A stretch of 64,000 nt of DNA from Eledone cirrhosa. Lineage: Eukaryota. The stretch lies in NCBI GenBank assembly GCA_964016885.1, contig OZ024754.1:6386001-6450000 (forward strand), read 5' to 3'. The notes beneath the pieces are model-generated. The model searched no databases, was not told where the DNA came from, and saw only the letters and a program-made list of their open reading frames with translations. Shown in pieces: positions 60,353-64,000 of this stretch. Every line of letters starts with the position of its first letter. Position 1 is the stretch's first letter. A program made the position numbers and the translations under genes.

Positions 60353-60885
60353 TGAAGGTGAGGTAAGGTAAAGTAAAGTAAGGTAAGGTAAGGTAAGCAT
60401 TAGTGAAAAATGCTTAACAAAAACCAAACCATCACACAGACAAGAGTTACAACTTGGAATAATAATAAGGTGAGGTAAGGTAAGGTAAGGATTAGTGAAT
60501 AACAAAAACCAAACCATCACACAGACAAGGGTTACAACTTGGAATAATAATAAGGTAAGGTAAAGTAAGGTAAGCATTAGTGAATAACAAAAACCAAACC
60601 ATCACACAGACAAGGTTTACAACTTAGAATAATAATAAGGTAAAGTAAAGTAAGGTAAGGTAAAGTAAGGTAAGCATTAATGAATAACAAAAACCAAACC
60701 ATCACACAGATAAGGTTTACAACTTAGAATAATAATAAGGTAAAGTAAGGTAAGCATTAGTGAATAACAAAAACCAAACCATCACACAGACAAAGAGTAA
60801 GGTAAGGTAAAGTAAGCATTAGTGAAAAATGCTTAACAAAAACCAAACCATCACACAGACAAGGGTTACAACTTAGAATAATAAT
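60353..60885. repeat. Tandem repeat of about 65-85 bp with AAGGT pentamers
   Basis: ACAAAAACCAAACCATCACACAGA repeated six times. Confidence 0.85.
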
Positions 60886-61219
60886 TAACAGCAACAACAA
60901 CAGTAGCAACGATAACGACAACAGCAACAGCAACATAATGGTTTCTTATATAGGCAGAAGGCCAGCAATTTTGTGGAAGGGGAAAGTCGATTAAATCGAC
61001 TCCAGTGCGTGACTGGTACTTTATTTTATCGACCCCGTAAGGATGAAAGGCGGGAATTGAACTCAGATCATAAAGGGCTGTAAACTCTATGCTGCAAAGC
61101 ATGGCGTCCGACCCTCTACCCTCAAAATGATACTATAGTTTCTTTGAAACGAGTTAGCGCTCCAGGGTTTCAGTTAAATTAAAATTGGAAACATTTTCAA
61201 TAAACAGTAAACTCTTTGG

Positions 61220-61342
61220 TTTAACGGACCCGGTTTAACGGACCCGATTTAACGGACCCGATTTAACGGACCCGATTTAACGGACCCGATTTAACGGACC
61301 CGATTTAACGGACCCGATTTAACGGATTTCAGATTTAACGGA
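61220..61342. repeat. 14 bp tandem repeat TTTAACGGACCCGA
   Basis: About 8 copies. Confidence 0.9.
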
Positions 61343-63355
61343 TAAAAAAAAGAATGGTTTCTGATTTAGGTACAAGGCCATCAGTTTTTTTTAGTTTTTT
61401 TTTTGGGGGGGGGGGGGGGGTGAGGGGGGGGGGAGGTAGGGTTGAGGAAATCGGTTATTTAGACAGTACTTCATTCGGAACGATGAAGGGCAATCTTGAC
61501 TATAGCGAAATTTGAACTCAGAATGTTAGCAACCCCAACTAAATACCACGCGGCATTTTGTCCGACGCTCCAACGATTCTGTTAATACATTGCTAATGAG
61601 GCCTGTAATTTGAAGGGGAGGAGGGGGGGGGTAGTCGATTAAATCGGCCTCAGTGAATTACTGGTATTTATTTTATGAACTCCAGAAGGAGAAAAGGCGG
61701 GATTTGAACTCCAGAAGGTAAAAAGCCGCAATTGAATGTCACAAGTCAGTTTGTTCGATGCTCTGACGCTTCTAATGATTGTTTCTACTTTTAATACAAG
61801 GCCAGCAATTACCCCAGTGTATTATTGGTGCTTTATTTTATCGACCCCGTAGGGATGGGATTTGAACTTAGACAGTAAAGTGCCGTAACTCTATGCTGCA
61901 AAGCATGGCGTCCGACCTTCTACCGATACTGCCAGTTTTCTAATTTAGGCACAAGGGCAGTAATTTGGGGCTCCAGACGGACAAGTTGGAGACTGGAAGG
62001 AGTGTTTGAGGGCTCTGACCCCACGACCTTCTCATGAATAAGTGGGCGAAGAAGAAGAAGAAGTAGAAGACGTAAAACAATAAGTAGAAGAGTAGATGTT
62101 AAGGATGGTGATGAGGAAGAAGAAGAAGAAGAAGAAGAAGAAGAAGAAGAAGAAGAAGAAGAAGAAGAAGAAGAAGAAGAAGAAGAAGAAGAAGAAAAAA
62201 AAGAAGAAAAAAAGAAGAAAAAGAAGAAGAAGAAAGTCGATTATATCGATCCTAGAACTTGACTGATATTATATTCTATCGATCCCCGATCTGATGAAAT
62301 ATAAAGTTGACCTTAGTGGGATTTGAACTCAGAATGTAGCACGCTCTAATGATACTAATAATTGTTTCTACTTTTGGCACAAGGCCAGCAATTACCCCCA
62401 GTACATTACTGGTACTTTATTTTATCGACCCCGTAAGGATGAAAGGCAAAATTGACCTCGGCGGGATTTGAACTCAGAATGGAAAGGGCCGTAACTCTAT
62501 GCGTCAAAGCATGGCGTCCGACCCTCTACCGATACTGCCAATCCACCGCCTTTAAAGTTCAGTAACGCACATCAGTTAGTCGTGGGTCTATGTGGGACTG
62601 TCTTAATAACTGTGTCAGATCTGCTTCCACCATACTATCGATTCAGACGCCAGCGATACCCCGTTGAGATCGATCAATGAAATTCCTCTTTCAAACATAG
62701 AATGTTGACCCTCTATCTCACCTCACAACTAAATCAATATATTTATACTGTTATGATGATGATGAACATTGTAAAACAGCTGTGAATTCTCACTAAGTCC
62801 AGTCCGAATAATAATAATAATGTTTCTACTACAATCCTTTGGTCCTGCGGAGCATGCAGCATGTTGCAGCTAGAAGAGTAAAGAGAAAGAGAGCTGCACC
62901 AAAAACTGGATTGGTACTTTCTTTATCGACCCCAAAGGGATGAAAGGCAAAGTGTACTTCGGCAGGATTTGCATTCAGAACGCAGAATCCCAGACAAATA
63001 TCCAACGCTTTAATGATTCTACCAAATCTACCATGCACACACACAAACATCACACATACACACACAAGCACACACACACATTCACAAGCACACACATACA
63101 CACACTTACGCACACACAGCACACATTTTAGTTGCTGTGCACACTAAGATCTTACATCACCACCTTACCACATTCAGCAAAAATGGCGGTGGGAAGTTCA
63201 TATGAACTTTTGTTTTACAGTAGCAGCCTTAAATAAATCTAGTCTCCTCCTGGAACAGGGCTCTAGTCTCTTAAGGGAAATATTCCCAGATGAAAATGTC
63301 TATTCCTGATACCAATCTGAACTGGTAAGTTAAGACAGTGTGAAATTGCTCTTAC

Positions 63356-63470
<115 letters not shown>

Positions 63471-63965
63471 CAGAAACCCAAGAAGCTAGATATTCCATCT
63501 CTCTAGTGGGTCCGGGTATGCATTTTACATTCATTTCATTTATTGATTTATTGATAATTTATCTGAGTGTCCCGAATCTTCCATATCGAATTTATCGGTT
63601 ATTTGGTTGATTGTAGACATATTCTACGTGTGACGGTATTTAACGATAGTTATAGCTCTAATTTATTTGAATTATAGAGCCCTCTGCCGCTCATCTCGAA
63701 TTTTGTTTATCGTGAACTCGTGCGCCGATTTTTCGATACTCGATTATTCTACTATATATATATTAATAAGAGGAATTCCAACTTTGTCTGATTTACTCGT
63801 TTTATTTACAATCCTTACAATCTTCTATACACAATCATACAATCATACACACCCGTGTATATTTATCTATCTATCTATATATATATATATATATATACAC
63901 GCACACACATATATATATATAAATATATATATATGTACATGTGTATGTGTGTACATATATATATA

Positions 63966-64000
<35 letters not shown>

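Overview
AT-rich, microsatellite-saturated animal genomic DNA. The SINE, LINE and repeat content suggests a cephalopod, probably Octopus (inference). The only protein-coding gene I can support is a minus-strand atypical soluble guanylate cyclase of the Gyc88E/beta-3 type. Eight GT-AG exons (29418 down to 5782; 963 nt, 321 codons, phases consistent) encode the PAS/H-NOBA C-half, the coiled coil and most of the catalytic domain. The H-NOX exons and the final exon(s) were not found in the window. The rest is intronic or intergenic: tRNA-derived SINEs, RTE, Tx1-like and RLE-type LINE fragments, MITEs, minisatellites and long (TA)n tracts. The main hidden signal is a dispersed set of minimal type-I hammerhead ribozyme motifs: 10 with intact core boxes and 3 with mutated cores. 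Most have short palindromic stem-III loops, lie next to (TA)n tracts, and often sit in long fold-backs carrying one ribozyme per strand. This fits Penelope-like element (PLE) termini. Nearly all ORFs in the supplied track are microsatellite artefacts.
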